A stretch of 64,000 nucleotides of DNA from Octopus vulgaris. Its lineage: Eukaryota. The position numbers were made by a program, and so were the translations under genes. The stretch is from positions 12,462,001 through 12,526,000 of the forward strand of contig OX597832.1 of assembly GCA_951406725.2 (NCBI GenBank), in the 5' to 3' direction. This document shows, piece by piece, positions 44,549-57,997 of the stretch. The notes beneath the pieces are model-generated. The model did no database searches and was not told the DNA's origin. It saw only the letters and a program-made list of their open reading frames with translations. Every line of letters starts with the position of its first letter. Position 1 is the stretch's first letter.

Positions 44549-44951
44549 TCCAAGGATAAAGGTGTAGCATGATAGTGCGCTTCAAGCATTCCGCAAAAAA
44601 TATTTAAAAAAATAACAGTGGTTTCTTGGATGTAGAAGGTTGTGAACTTATCCCGTAGTGTAGTGCAATAAGCTGAAAAAAAATAATTTTATGTTTCACA
44701 GTTGGCAGCCAGGGTTGGGACTATAGCTCCTAGAGTTAAAGAATGGAGAAGATAAATTCCGGGTTACATATGTTCCATAGTGAGCGGAACCTCGGAAGTG
44801 GTAAATATCCAGTTGAGCTGTATACCACAAGCTACTGTTCAGGCAAAGGCGATATTGATCAAATCGATTTTACTTTATTGTTACGAGACTTACGTTAACA
44901 CACAGAGGATTCGATCAGAAAATAGACCCCCCCCCCCACACTCATGCACAG

Positions 44952-45200
44952 AGGCGCAGCCGTGGCTTTGTAGTAAGAAGATTGTTTGCCAACTACATGG
45001 GAAGCTTGCTTCCCAACCACTGTGTGTTACCTTCGGCAAGTTTCTTCTATTATATCTATGGTTCGACGAAGGTCACGTTAGTGGAATTTGTTAGACGGAA
45101 ACCGAAAGAATCACGTCGTATGTGTGTGTGTGCGTGTGCATGTGTCTGTGTTTGTCTCGCACCCGCCATCGCTTGACAATGATGTTATATTTATGTCCCC
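44952..45200 (+). mobile_element. Degenerate SINE family C
   Basis: aggcgcagccgtggct...gacggaaaccgaaagaatcacgtcgtatgtgtg...cgcttgacaa. Confidence 0.7.
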
Positions 45201-45632
45201 CAAAATAAACCACCGTTCAACTAAGCCAACAAACCCCAGAAAAATTTTATCTAATGAAAAACTATAGAAAGCCAAGATTAATGTAATACATAACAGTCCG
45301 ATGATGACTTAGATGGCCCATACTGCAAAGTTACTGTCAATGCTATTTATATTATAGTATATATAAAACATTGAATAGAAAAATATGAAGAATAATATAT
45401 TCTATAGAGAGAAAGAAATACTCTTATATTGTTATGATCGATTCTCCCTAGAGACAAATGTACATATACGTGTTTAATGTTATGAATGATTCCTGTTCCT
45501 CATTTGAAAGTGTAGGCATTACTGGATCTGGAAATTATCTCTAATACCAACAAAGACAAAATATCCAGTGAAAACTCATTACATTAAGATCCAAATTTTG
45601 AGAATGAGGTACGTAGATGGAGAGAGGTAGTG

Positions 45633-45640
45633 CTATATAT

Positions 45641-45731
<91 letters not shown>

Positions 45732-45740
45732 TTTATATAA

Positions 45741-45808
<68 letters not shown>

Positions 45809-45988
45809 GATCATACATATATTTACAGGTGAGAGAGAGAGTGAATGAAGGACAAGGAGAGGAGAGATAGTTATATGTATATATTCATATATATATAATA
45901 TATATATATTCATATGATAATATATATATATACATATATATATTCATATGATAATATATATATATATATATACATATATATATTCATA

Positions 45989-46025
<37 letters not shown>

Positions 46026-46045
46026 GGAGAGAGAGAGAGAGAGAG
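45633..46045. repeat. (TA)n-rich region with a triplicated atattcatatgata motif
   Basis: Seen directly. Confidence 0.9.
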
Positions 46046-46940
46046 CAGGCGAATGGAGATGGTTATGAATTAGTCCGATCACTTGCATTCACTACTCAGG
46101 TATATAATTCTCGCGGAATAATTACTTCAATTTAAATTATAAGCATCCGTATGAAAAGTACGAATATCGTGAACGGCAGAACCATGAAGCTAGTTCAAGA
46201 AAACCAACCAGGTATAATGGCATCTCTTATTATAGAAGCATATTAAATCAAGAAGAAACAGTCACACAATGAGTGAGGTAGACAGAAACATATACAAACT
46301 GACGGACCGAGAGAGGGAGAGAGACAGAGAGAGAGGAAAAGAGGGAGTGAGAGAGAGAAAGCCGATAGATAAATTGATTGAAATGCAGAGTAAAGCTAAA
46401 AAAACAGAAAAGGAAAAACATGAGCAACAGCTTACCCAGAGCAACGCTGTATAATATGAAACGGAGCCACTCAGAGACATTAAATTATTAATGAATGGTA
46501 AAAACAGCTTAGTAGTTTCTCTTTCTTTCATTCATAATCTGGATTTTGGTTTCTTTCGAAGGAGAAGTGTACAATACAATTCACCATCTACGCTTTTTGT
46601 ATACACAGATTTGTGCAAACATAGTAACACGTTCTCTCACACATTCTCTTTCTATATCAAACTCTGAGTGTCTGAGAGAGAGAGAGAGAGTGAGCGAGTG
46701 AATGAGTGAGAGTGTGTAAGTGTGTCAGTTTGTCGAGCACACACAGTAACTAACTGACTGATATGCAAGTATGAGCACATATTCGTGCAAAAGGACACGT
46801 AGAATAATGTATTCAAAGATATACAATAAATATGAGATGGTCTCGGAAATAACGCCTTTAATAATAGATCTTATTCATCATGGTTGGTCTAGGTTAGAAT
46901 AATTACAGAAATAATACGTTCAGTGTTATTCACCCACCCC

Positions 46941-46984
<44 letters not shown>

Positions 46985-47116
46985 GGCCATCGCCGTGATC
47001 GACCGCTAGCCACAGGCTCGAAACTTACAAGACTTTCTCAACTTCCTGAGCGTTAAACGAATACACCTCTTTGTTGTTTACACACCTGTCTCCGTCTTTT
47101 GTTTTTTGTAAATTCC

Positions 47117-47160
<44 letters not shown>

Positions 47161-47198
47161 GTGTGTATGTATGCATATATTAGACCTTACTATATGAG

Positions 47199-47326
<128 letters not shown>

Positions 47327-47359
47327 CTGGTGTGTGAGTGTTTGCGTTTTATTCTTTGT

Positions 47360-47538
47360 AAACCGGTGGTGGTTTGTTTACGTCACCGTCAAATTAGCGG
47401 TTCGGCAATAAAAAGAGATAGAATGAGTAGCAGACATCAAAGAAATAAATACCGGGGTAGTTTGTTTTCCGTCAGAGCATTCAAGGCGGTGCCCCAGCAT
47501 GGCCTCCGTTAAATGACTGAAAGAAGTAAAACGATAAA
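47360..47538 (+). mobile_element. SINE family C 3' half
   Basis: ttagcggttcggcaataaaaagagatagaatgagta...ggcggtgccccagcatggcc...aaatgactgaaa. Confidence 0.75.
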
Positions 47539-47683
47539 TTAAAATGTATATGTATGTCTGTGTGTGACTACATATGCACATATAAATACATATATACATA
47601 CACGCATATATGTGTGTGCGTTTGTCTTCCTTTGTATGTTTCTGAGTGAATCTCTGTGGTTATACATACATACTAATATATGA

Positions 47684-48070
47684 TGGAGGCGCAATGGCCC
47701 AGTGGTTAGGGCAGCGGACTCTCGGTCATAGGATCGCGGTTTCGATTCCCAGACCGGGCGTTGTGAGTGTTTATTGAGCGAAAACACCTAAAGCTCCACG
47801 AGGCTCCGACAGGGGATGGTGGTGATCCCTGCTGTACTCTTTCACCACAACTTTCTCTCACTCTTACTTCCTGTTTCTGTTGTACCTGTATTTCAAAGGG
47901 CCGGCCTTGTCACTCTCTGTGTCACGCTGAATATCCCCGAGAACTACGTTAAGGGTACACGTGTCCGTGGAGTGCTCAGCCACTTACACGTTAATTTCAC
48001 GAGCAGGCTGTTCCGTTGATTCGGATCAACCGAAACCCTCATCGTCGTAACCGACGGAGTGCTTCCATCC
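47684..48070 (+). mobile_element. SINE family A, full length, tail type 1
   Basis: Only a few substitutions relative to 5577-5964. Perfect 13-bp TSD catactaatatat at 47669-47681 and 48070-48082. Confidence 0.92.
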
Positions 48071-48378
48071 ATACTAATATATATGTATGTGGGAAATCTG
48101 ACAGGTGACTGTTGATGCAGCCATCTACTGTTGCTTTCGGACTAAGTGAGGAATGGTGATGTAAGAAATAGAAGGGAGAGAACCGCTGAGACTATATAAT
48201 TACTTTCTTACAAGTAACATTGGTAGCCACTTCAAGATGGCTGTCCGTTCGATCGGACTCTACTGCGATTTTTTAACCCCAAGAGGACATATCTCGCTGA
48301 TTAACGATGCACAGCCGCATCCGATAGAATTGCGAACAGGGGAGCGAACCTCTGATTTGTTATTTTTATGAGAGAACT

Positions 48379-48588
48379 TATACTCTTTTTACTCTTTTAC
48401 TTGTTTCAGTCATTTGACTGCGTCCATGGTGGAGCACCGCCTTCACTCGAGCAAATCGCCCCCGGGACTTATTCTTTGTAAGCCCAGTACTTATTCTATC
48501 AGTCTATTTTGCCGAACCGCTAAGTAACACACCAGCATCGGTTGTCAAGCAATGCTAGGGGACAAACACAGACACGCAAACACACACA

Positions 48589-48640
<52 letters not shown>

Positions 48641-48811
48641 ATACATATATACGACAGGCTTCTTTCAGTTTCCGTCTACCAAATCCACTCACAAGGCTTT
48701 GGTCGGCCCGAGGCTATAGTAGAAGACACTTGCCCAAGGTGCCACGCAGTGGGACTGAACCCGGAACCATGTGGTCGGTAGACAAGCTACTTACCACATA
48801 GCCACTCCTGC
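48379..48811 (-). mobile_element. SINE family C, full length, with internal (TA)n/(TG)n tract
   Basis: On the minus strand: head ggagtggctatgtggtaag with B box gggttcagtccc, body ending gaaactgaaagaagcctgtcg, a microsatellite, then a tail ending gtcaaatgactgaaacaagtaaaagagtaaaaagagt. Confidence 0.9.
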
Positions 48812-49515
48812 TTTTTTTCATTTGGAACGTAGAATACATATATATTGAAAGAATGGGGATATACGTGCGTGTGTGTGTGTGCGTTTGCGTGTGCGCCTCT
48901 GTTTATGAATGTATGCATGTATGTATGTATGTATGCATGTATGTATGTATGTATGTATGACATTCAACATTTAATAGATATTTAATTTGAAATCCTTCTG
49001 GCACAAATTTACACAGTATTCGCCACTGTATTTATAAGTTAAGAGTACACGTGTCTTTGGACTGTTCTTCGACTTGCATGATATTTCAGTTGAAGGATCC
49101 ATTAGGAAAATAAATAAATAAAATATATAAACAAAATAAATAAATAAACTTTCATGGCTCTGGATAATACAATAGTAAAGCTATTTGTTTCTGTATAGAA
49201 ATATAGAACTATTTGTGTTGAAACAAATATAAACAAGCCTATTCTTGTAAACTTTAACTCTACCACTTATTTCTATTTTATTTCGTTATTTAAACATTTA
49301 CTGCCATGCACAAATATAGATTATGTTACATTATATATAGCAAAACCCACAATTTGTTAAGCTGTCGATAAACACACTTCGGACTTTAATATTGAAACAG
49401 TGAGTTCTATAAATATTTAGAAATAGAGAGTGTAGGTTATATATAATAACGTATGATAAAATATAGTGTATTTAACCTAGCATTCACGATTTCCCCGGCA
49501 TAATTTTTTTTTTTT

Positions 49516-50085
49516 CATTCTCGGCACCAGGTCCGAAATTTTCGGAAGGTGGCCAGTTGATTAGATCGACTGCAGTACGCAACTGGTACTTAATTTATCG
49601 ACCCCGAAAGGATGAATGGCAAAGTCGACCTAGACGAAATTTGAACTCGAGACCTAAAGACAAACGAAATACCTATTTATTTACTACCCACAAGGGGCTA
49701 AACACAGAGAGGACAACCAAGGACAGACAAAGGGATTAAGTCGATTATATCGATCCCAGTGCGTAACTGGTACTTAATTTATCGACCCCGAAAGGATGAA
49801 AGGCAAAGTCGACCTCGGCGGAATTTGAACTCAGAACGTAGCGGCAGACGAAATACCTATTTCTTTACTGCCCACAAGGGACTACTCATATAGGGGACAA
49901 ACAAGGACAGACAAACGGATTAAGTCGATTATATCGACCCCAGTGCATAACTGGTACTTATTTAATCGACCCCGAAAGGATGAAAGGCAAAGTCGACCTC
50001 GGCGGAATTTGAACTCAGAACGTAGCGGCAGACGAAATGCCACTAGGCATTTCGCCCGGCGTGCTAATGTTTCTGCCAGCTCGCC
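49516..50085 (-). mobile_element. SINE-B trimer: full unit 49857-50085, headless unit 49673-49856, headless old-tail unit 49516-49672
   Basis: Three core copies. Both junctions read (minus) ...aaatag|gtatttcgt. Confidence 0.9.
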
Positions 50086-51373
50086 GGTTTCTCCCGCAGA
50101 GAAATACATTCAACTCCAGTTGAGATAGATGATAATCAGCCTCGTATTATGTATCTCACGCAACTGCAAAATTTTGAATTTGAAAGGTCAGGTTCACTCA
50201 CAATTAAATGTTCTTTAAATTAAATCTTTTTCTCGGAAAATAGAAAAGTAAGGAAGCTGGAACGGTCGTATTTGGGTTCATCTTGATCATAGGTCTTCAT
50301 TTACCAGAACCGTCTTGGGCCTGTACCACAACAATTATATCTAACTCAAATGGAAGAGAGTTAACACGATTTGTTGCTAACGCTGACATATGGGCGGAAA
50401 GGTGGATGAACAAAATGGTGGGTGTTCAAATAAATAAACGAAATGAAGAGATAGAACGATCATTAATCTTTAGTAATTATCTTTATCGACTGAACATTGA
50501 GTAATCTGAAATGAATTGACATAAAGAAGCCGGATGATGAACAAGGAGGAGGAGAAAGATGATGATAATACTGATGAAGAAGAATGAGAAGAAGTAGTGA
50601 AGAAAGAAGAAGAAGACGAACAACCGCAATAACCACAACAATATCAACAAAGAAATATGTGAGGAAAACAAATGCGTTAATAAAGAAAATCAATTAGAAG
50701 GAAATAAAGTACTATTTTAATAACATTCCAGAATGTGTCCCAACAAATAGTTATCCGTAAACGGCGAGGAGTTATTGAAAGAGATTAATTAAAGTAAAAT
50801 CAAAGAAGAGAGGTGAAAGAAAGAAAGGTAGACAGAAAGGCAGGATAGACATTGAAAAAAAAAACATACAAATATACAACGACCATCTAAAAATAAAAAC
50901 ATTAAGGATGTTAACTAAATTATATAGGATAATATCCAAGACATATTTAGTTTAAAGATTAGTTTACGGAGAAATACGATTGGTTATTTAACCGTGATTA
51001 ATGTAAATTATATCTGGAGGAAAAAAAACAAAAACAAACAAACAAACAAACTAACAAAAACACAAAGGAAATAAAATTCCACTCGCATCATTTTACCAGA
51101 AGATTTTGCAATGAATAAAAGTAATGAGATTTTGTTCACAAAAGAACAATGTTGCCGGATCTCGATCAATTATTTTAGTGTTTTTTTTTTCCTTATTTAG
51201 TTGCTAGGTTTACATACATCTTCCTTTTTCATCGTATTTGCTTTATATTTAATATAGCCGTAAGCCTAAATTGTAAAGCACCCACCACTGACGCCACCTC
51301 CGCTTTCAGTTCTAACAAAACCTTCCCGTCAAATTTCTGACCATCAGCTTCTATACCCAATTGTTTTTGTTGG

Positions 51374-51418
<45 letters not shown>

Positions 51419-51435
51419 TTTTATAATTAATACTA

Positions 51436-51620
51436 GAAGGCAGCGAGGATGGCAGAAACGCCGCTTGGATGTCATTAGACGCAAATGCTTAGCAACGCTC
51501 CTCCCAGATCTTTACGTTCTTAGCTGAAATATCGCTGTGGACAAAGTTTTCATTTTTTTTTTTTTTCATTCTCAGAAAAGGATAAAATCAATACCAGTTG
51601 ACCATTAGGGTCGATGTAGG
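51436..51620 (+). mobile_element. Degenerate old SINE-B, followed directly by a Penelope-like element
   Basis: aaggcagcgaggatggcagaaacg...ctttacgttct...gataaaatcaataccagttgaccattagggtcgatgta. Confidence 0.6.
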
Positions 51621-51646
51621 AGGAAGAGTAGTAGCAGCGATTGCAT

Positions 51647-51866
51647 TATACTCTCCAGCCTTCATGGCTTGGGGAAATTTCGAACCTCGGTTCATTAGGG
51701 ATGAGAACTAAGGTTCGAAATTTCCACAAGACACCTGATGAAGGCTGGAGGGTATATCAGCCGAAACGTTGTGTGAACAACAAACAAGATGAGGACAAAT
51801 ATCCGTCAAATGTAAATAATGTAAATACTGTACATAATTCCCCATCTCTCAAATATAGAACTGTAT
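51647..51866 (+). mobile_element. Penelope-like element terminal fragment with inverted (fold-back) junction
   Basis: Contains a minimal hammerhead motif and a fold-back of about 110 nt. Both are features of Penelope-like pseudo-LTRs. Confidence 0.65.
51731..51774 (+). ncRNA. Minimal type I hammerhead ribozyme motif
   Basis: Stem I acac/gtgt, core CTGATGA (51735-51741), stem II ggctg/cagcc, GAAAC (51763-51767), then GTT. The ACGT palindrome replaces stem III, as in dimer-type ribozymes. Predicted cleavage after 51770. Confidence 0.75.
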
Positions 51867-52027
51867 CCGCTAAATCTTGTTAAGTTCCTATGTCTGTTCA
51901 GTTATACAAATAATTAAAATCAACTCATAGTTCGGTATACTTCTTATAATATCATTTCAGCTTTAACAACAAGAGTAACAAATAAGAGTACGGATTCTAC
52001 TAATATAAGAACAAGCCTACGCCTAAC

Positions 52028-52062
<35 letters not shown>

Positions 52063-52084
52063 ATGGATAAAATTCTAACTGGGC

Positions 52085-52262
52085 CTGACCTGCAATGTCA
52101 AGCGCTGTTTATATTGATATAATATCACCATGTTGGGAACATGGTTGTGATGCATGTGCCTGGTGTAACTTAATCAGAGAAATAGTCATGACGAGTAAGG
52201 TTTCGTATAGTTTACTCCAGTGTCACTTTGATGGCATACATTGCTTTTTCACTCAATAATAA
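52085..52262 (+). mobile_element. Probable 3' end of a LINE-type repeat, next to (AAT)n
   Basis: Follows (AAT)10 and ends cactcaataataacaat. It resembles a common octopus repeat, from recall only. Single copy in this window. Confidence 0.4.
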
Positions 52263-53346
52263 CAATACCAGAAGAAGAAGAAGAAGAAGTAGAAGAATGT
52301 CATAATTATGTAAACAATAATTCTAATAATACATAGCCGAAGCAATACTAAAATAACCAATATAAAAAAAACAATAATATGAGAAAAATAATATTATGCA
52401 GTAAGGAAGAAATAAAGGAAGTTTGCCGTTTCGGACAGTGTTCCTTCACCAGGAGAATAACAGGAATATGTAGACAACATAACATAGAAGGGAGTATATT
52501 TGCTTATTGTTTTACAATGGTCTACTGTTAATAATTTTTTTGCAACATATAATCTATGCTACTCTCTCTCTCTCTTTCACAGTTTATGTGAAAGCTCAAA
52601 TGTAGGTCCCTGAAATATGAATCATGTATCCTCCTGCCAAATGGATTTATCAAATTCATCAATAAAGTGTCCCATTGGGTTATGATGCAAATATCCAGAA
52701 ACATTTCCAAATGATGGACATTATGTATTCGTATTTGTTCTAACGTAATTTGCGATTGTTTTCCTCCTGTACATGCCTACACCGACAAGGTACAAAATAT
52801 ATTATCAGCTAATCACAGTGATTTAAGAGCTCTATAGATAATTACTAAGCTTGCTAGAAATATCCTTAAATCACCTTTAAATATCATCCTACAGTCTCAA
52901 CAATTTAAACGAATAAAAGGACTTGTTGTAGGGCGTAGTACTATTTATGGCAAGTACAGTATGATCACGCTTTATTTAGTCCACAATGCTCCTCAATTAT
53001 AACTGAGCTGAAGGATGAAACAACAAGAGGAGCAATAATCCAGAAAACAGAAGAGAACAGAAAACATTAACAATAACAAAGCAAAAAAAAACTAAGTAAA
53101 ATATATTAAAAAAACACATCAAAAGCTAATTCCTACTGGAGCAAGACATTCGTACACAACTCTGTTATGAATTACAATATTTTATAGTGTGAATAATTTA
53201 ATCATGTACACGTCTACACCATCGTTCTTGTCTTGCTAAATGAAGCAATCGCGTGTATGAAATGTTATGAGATTATTATGTTATCTCTTGAGATAATTAA
53301 TTATTAAATAATTTAAAAAGAAAGAAAATACTAATACAAAATATTT

Positions 53347-53487
53347 AATACTATATCATCCGCTGAGATTGAGTATTAAACTGAAGACCTGTAGCATTGA
53401 CCTTGCAGTTGTTTTTAATAATACATCATCCACCGAGAATGAGCATTAAATAGGAGAATCTGTAGCAATGACCTTATAACTGTATTT
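53347..53487. repeat. Diverged tandem duplication, unit about 70 bp
   Basis: atcatcc..gag..tgag.attaaa...ctgtagca.tgacctt occurs twice. Confidence 0.8.
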
Positions 53488-54110
53488 AAAATTCATTCAG
53501 TCAGAATGCCATGTTATTGCATTTATATCAACAATGAGTTTAAACATTACTCATTCTTTCCGATGCAAAGTGTTTTGCGAACATTCTATAACAGTTATTC
53601 CTGATTCAAATTAACCGATTTCTTCTTTCCATCGCTCTGACAGCAATTCTCCGTCTTTCGCTACCTCCCTCATTCTTCCTTTGTTTCTTTTTGTCTCTGT
53701 CACTCATTTTTCCTTACAGTGAGCATCGCTATATGTTTGCCTGTCTTTGTTCCTCTCTCTACATTTATCGTCCTCTGTCTCCCTCTATTTCACTCTGTTT
53801 TTCCTTCTTTGTTATTCTCACATTCTACAACAACCTTTGTCAGTGTCTCTCTCTCTCATTCTCTCATGGTCATATGTCACTCGTTGTCTTTATGCCTAAC
53901 TCTCTTATTCACTATCTCTATTTCTTATCTCTTAGTCTTTCCATATTTTTCTCTTTGGCTGTCTACACCGCTGTATTCTTCTTCTTCTTCTTCTTCTTCT
54001 TCTTCTTCTTCTTCTTCTTCTTCTTCTGTTTCCTTCTCTCTCTCAACCCGTCTTTGACTCGTTCTTTTACTCTCTCTCTCTCTCTCCGTATATATATATA
54101 TATATATATA

Positions 54111-54172
54111 TATTTCTGTCTATGTCTTTGTGTTTATATATAAGCACATCTGTACAAAGGCATGTACACAAA

Positions 54173-54219
<47 letters not shown>

Positions 54220-54276
54220 CTGTCTATGTCTTTGTGTTTATATATAAGCACATCTGTACAAAGGCATGTACACAAA

Positions 54277-54318
<42 letters not shown>
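54111..54318. repeat. Exact 104-bp tandem duplication bounded by (TA)n
   Basis: tatttctgtctatgtctttg...cacaaatgtgtgtg starts at 54111 and at 54215. Confidence 0.9.
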
Positions 54319-54327
<9 letters not shown>

Positions 54328-57300
54328 ATATGTGTGTGTATATATATAGAGAAGATATATAGATATACATACATGCATATTCTTTCTTTAAGGTGTTTAG
54401 TTCGCCCTTGATCTCTAAACGAATAGACTTATATCGAATGGCAATTCATCCATGGAGATACCGCATTTCCATATTTACAGGAAATCTAGTCTATGACAGC
54501 AAATTCATCTTTCTTTTTAAGATACTAGGTTTGGTTTGGAATGTTATGAGGCACATTAGACTATGCATCAAATTAGATAACGTTAAATATATCAGGCATT
54601 TCCAAATATGGTATAATCCGTTTAGTTGAATCAGTAGAGGCACAGCAATATCCAGAACAGCGGTGAAACAAGTTGGTGTCTGTTCACAGGTCCGGTTGTG
54701 TTCTAGTAGAAGGACTTGCAGCACAGTGGTCTATGCTCTAGACAACAGAGGAAGGGGGTAAGATATGTTTCAATTATGATTTGATAATTGTTTACCAACT
54801 TGTGTTATGTGACACAAGTTAATAACAAGACAACATCACAGACAACCATCACCCAAAGAGGAGTGTACCAGAATCACTGGTTTCGGAAAAGAAGTTGGGT
54901 TATGGTAGTTAGTTATGGTACGTGACATACTACATCACATCATATCGAGGTTAATTTTACCGTCCACTCTTCAGGTATTGCTAAGATAATATACCTGTTA
55001 TAAAGTGGGGTTGATTTAATGATCCCTTAAAGCATCAAAGTTCTAAGTAGAATTTATAATACTTGACTAAGTCTACCTTTGCCTGTTATCATTCCAGACC
55101 TATAAATAAAATCTAATTTTCTCGAAAATCCTAAGAGTGTGAGCGTAGGCCTACATTTCTCTCTCTCTCTTTTTCTGTGTCTATCTATGTGTGCTTTTCT
55201 GTTGGTATATATATACACACATACGTACTTACATATATGTGTGTGTGAGAGAGAGAGAGAGAGTGTGTGTGTGTGTATCAAACACTTTAATATCTTCATA
55301 TTGGCCGCTTCAATAAACGCAATAACTTGGATTCATAAAGTAGGTTAGCTTAAACGGGATTGAGGAATAGAAAACATTTCCCAAGAGCTTTAGGGTGTGA
55401 AAAAGTGAATTGCTATGGAAAGAAAATTTAGGTTGAGGAATTATTTCACTGGCAGCTTGTTTCTAATTTACCTGCTGCTTTTGCGGTTATACACATAGTA
55501 CAGCACTCTTAAATGTGCTACCGAAAAGCAAATGTTAATAACGTTCCGCAATATACTGGGTTCCCGAATATCGAAAATGTCTGTGGAAACAGAAATATAA
55601 TCTGATATATTTCCGCGTAGAAAGGATATGTCATATATATGCTTCCTTTCTAAACATGTTGTAGGTTATGCTATATTAATAAAAGTGATTTTCTCCGAAT
55701 TTTAAATTACATACAGGCGTATATAAACACATTGAGACACAAACGAACGTACGCACAATTACGAACATGAGCCACTTATATCTGATGAAAAGAAGTGATT
55801 TACCGATATATGTCGAAATCTGCCTATAAAATTACTGATCTTGTGATACAAAGCATAGAAAGTAATCATAGAACAGCTAAACATGATTGTTTTCGTTGCG
55901 TCGTACTGAAATTGGTTTATTTTAATACTTCTCATACATTTGTTTTTCTAAGCTGACATTTGTGACAGAATAACCCCCAAAGAAAATGTAAAAGCAGTTG
56001 GTGAATATTTTCTTCTTGGATAGAGTGGCGAGTTGGAAAAGATTTTAATGTTTTTGGCTGGGTGCCAGCTATTTTAGAGCGAGTATATGTTATACTACGA
56101 ATGGCAATTATAAATGATATTTTTCTTAGGCGTTTCCATTAGGTCTGTTCTGTATATAATGAAGTATTTAAGTTGTAGTGTGTGCGGATGATTGCATTCT
56201 TTTGGCGAAAAAGTGATGAAGATGTGGAAATGTAAACAGATATTTTATTCATGCTCGGTCAAATGTACAAAACATTGATTTTTAAACAACTGTAAATAGA
56301 TAAGGAAAATACATACCTAAGCCAAAATGAAATCAAATACTAAAACGACTAACTTTTATTCTCAGCGGAAAATCTCTCCCACCCCACTTCTTATATATAA
56401 ATCTATATTGAATATATATATATATATGTATACATATATATATATATAAATATATATATATATGAAATATATTATTCAGATTACAATCAGATTACAAACA
56501 CACACACACACATACATGTACCCTAAGCATACCTTTGTTCTCATTCCATACGGTGAAGATGTTGGTTTCCATAGTGTACTATTCACCAGTATTTCAAAGA
56601 GTGATGCTACATTTAGTGGCTCTACAAGTGAATAGTCAAGGGATTAGTCTAGTTTCTCTTTGATGTTTTTCAGATTCGTTTCCTGCTTCTGATATATATT
56701 TTTCTAAATACCATAGAGTGCGTATTATCCCAAATTCCTCATTCATTTAATACTAGTTAAAGTGTGTTCTTTACCCGAATATCACACTGAAGAATTTTCC
56801 TTTTTTTTTTTCTCCACAAAAATCTCCAACAAATTACCCAATTTGTTCCAGTTTAATATCCAATACTGTCCATTTGTTATTGGTAAAATATTCAATCGAT
56901 GACTTCAAGGAAGGTTTTTTGGCATTTAGCAGCATTTCAACTTATATAATGCCAGAATATCCTTGTTGATCTTCAGCTTATTACTGTTCATTCGCGAGCG
57001 ATTAAAAGCATTTCAAATATCGTAGATTTATTGCATGTCCCCCAGTGCTAATACGATTTGTTTTCTATTAAATGCATTTTTCAAATCACCTCTCTCTAAC
57101 ATGCACTTATTTGCTGCACATCACTTCTCTGATCTTCCTTTTTTCTGCTTGTACACAATTTAGCTGTATTCATTCTCTATTAAAAAAGGAAAAAAAAAAG
57201 GAAAAAAGAAATATATATTTATCATTAACGAAATTTAGAGGAAATAAAGCATATCTACTATTTATCTAATGGCAGAAACGAATTATTGATTTATATATTT

Positions 57301-57344
57301 TTCCGACTAAACTGAGTCTACTAACCAATCTATATACATGCAAC

Positions 57345-57505
57345 AACAATCAAACCAGTAAATGATGCAAATTTATCGATGCTGGAAAGATGAAAGGTAA
57401 AAATCGTCACCGGAGGAATTTGAAATCAGATTGTAAAGATTCATAAATAGATATCGAAGGAAATTAAATGGCTGCCTCTGTTGTTTCTACCCGTCAACCG
57501 CCCTC
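57345..57505 (-). mobile_element. Degenerate SINE-B
   Basis: tttatcgatgctggaaagatgaaaggtaaa...ggaatttgaaatcaga. Confidence 0.5.
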
Positions 57506-57997
57506 ATATAGGAAATCGATATTAATTAAATAATACCCCCAGAGAATAGTTGAATTAAGTGCCTTGTCAAAACATACAACAAACCGTTTCCATTCAAACA
57601 GGAACACGTTATCAAACGAACAATACTTATTTGCTTAGGTATACTTTAGTTCTTTTTAATACTTGTTTCATTTAGATGATGCATACGAATACAAATGTTT
57701 ATACGTACTGCGGTAGAGAAATCATTGTTCTAAATGACCAACTCCTGAGACATCACAAATGCATTATAATGCATGTCGTTTTATGTCATTCTGTGGTTAT
57801 ATTATTTCCCGGAGATTAGGAGATAATATATTGAAGCTACAGTTACGAATAGAGAAAAACTCAAACCCCACTATATTGTTCATATTCTATCCGCCCTAAC
57901 ATCAGCACTCATCAAACGGAGCGATAATCGAAATCAGTCAAGCTGTATTCCATCCCATAATCGTATTTATCTCTTAATCAGAAAGTCTGTCTTCATG

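Noticed and set aside
49516-50085. CRISPR-like or satellite array
   Set aside because: Units are 184-bp SINE bodies with no unique spacers, in a eukaryotic context with no cas genes.
54691-54757. Possible plus-strand exon (cacAG...G|GTAAGA)
   Set aside because: Weak acceptor tract, no recognisable peptide and no partner exons.
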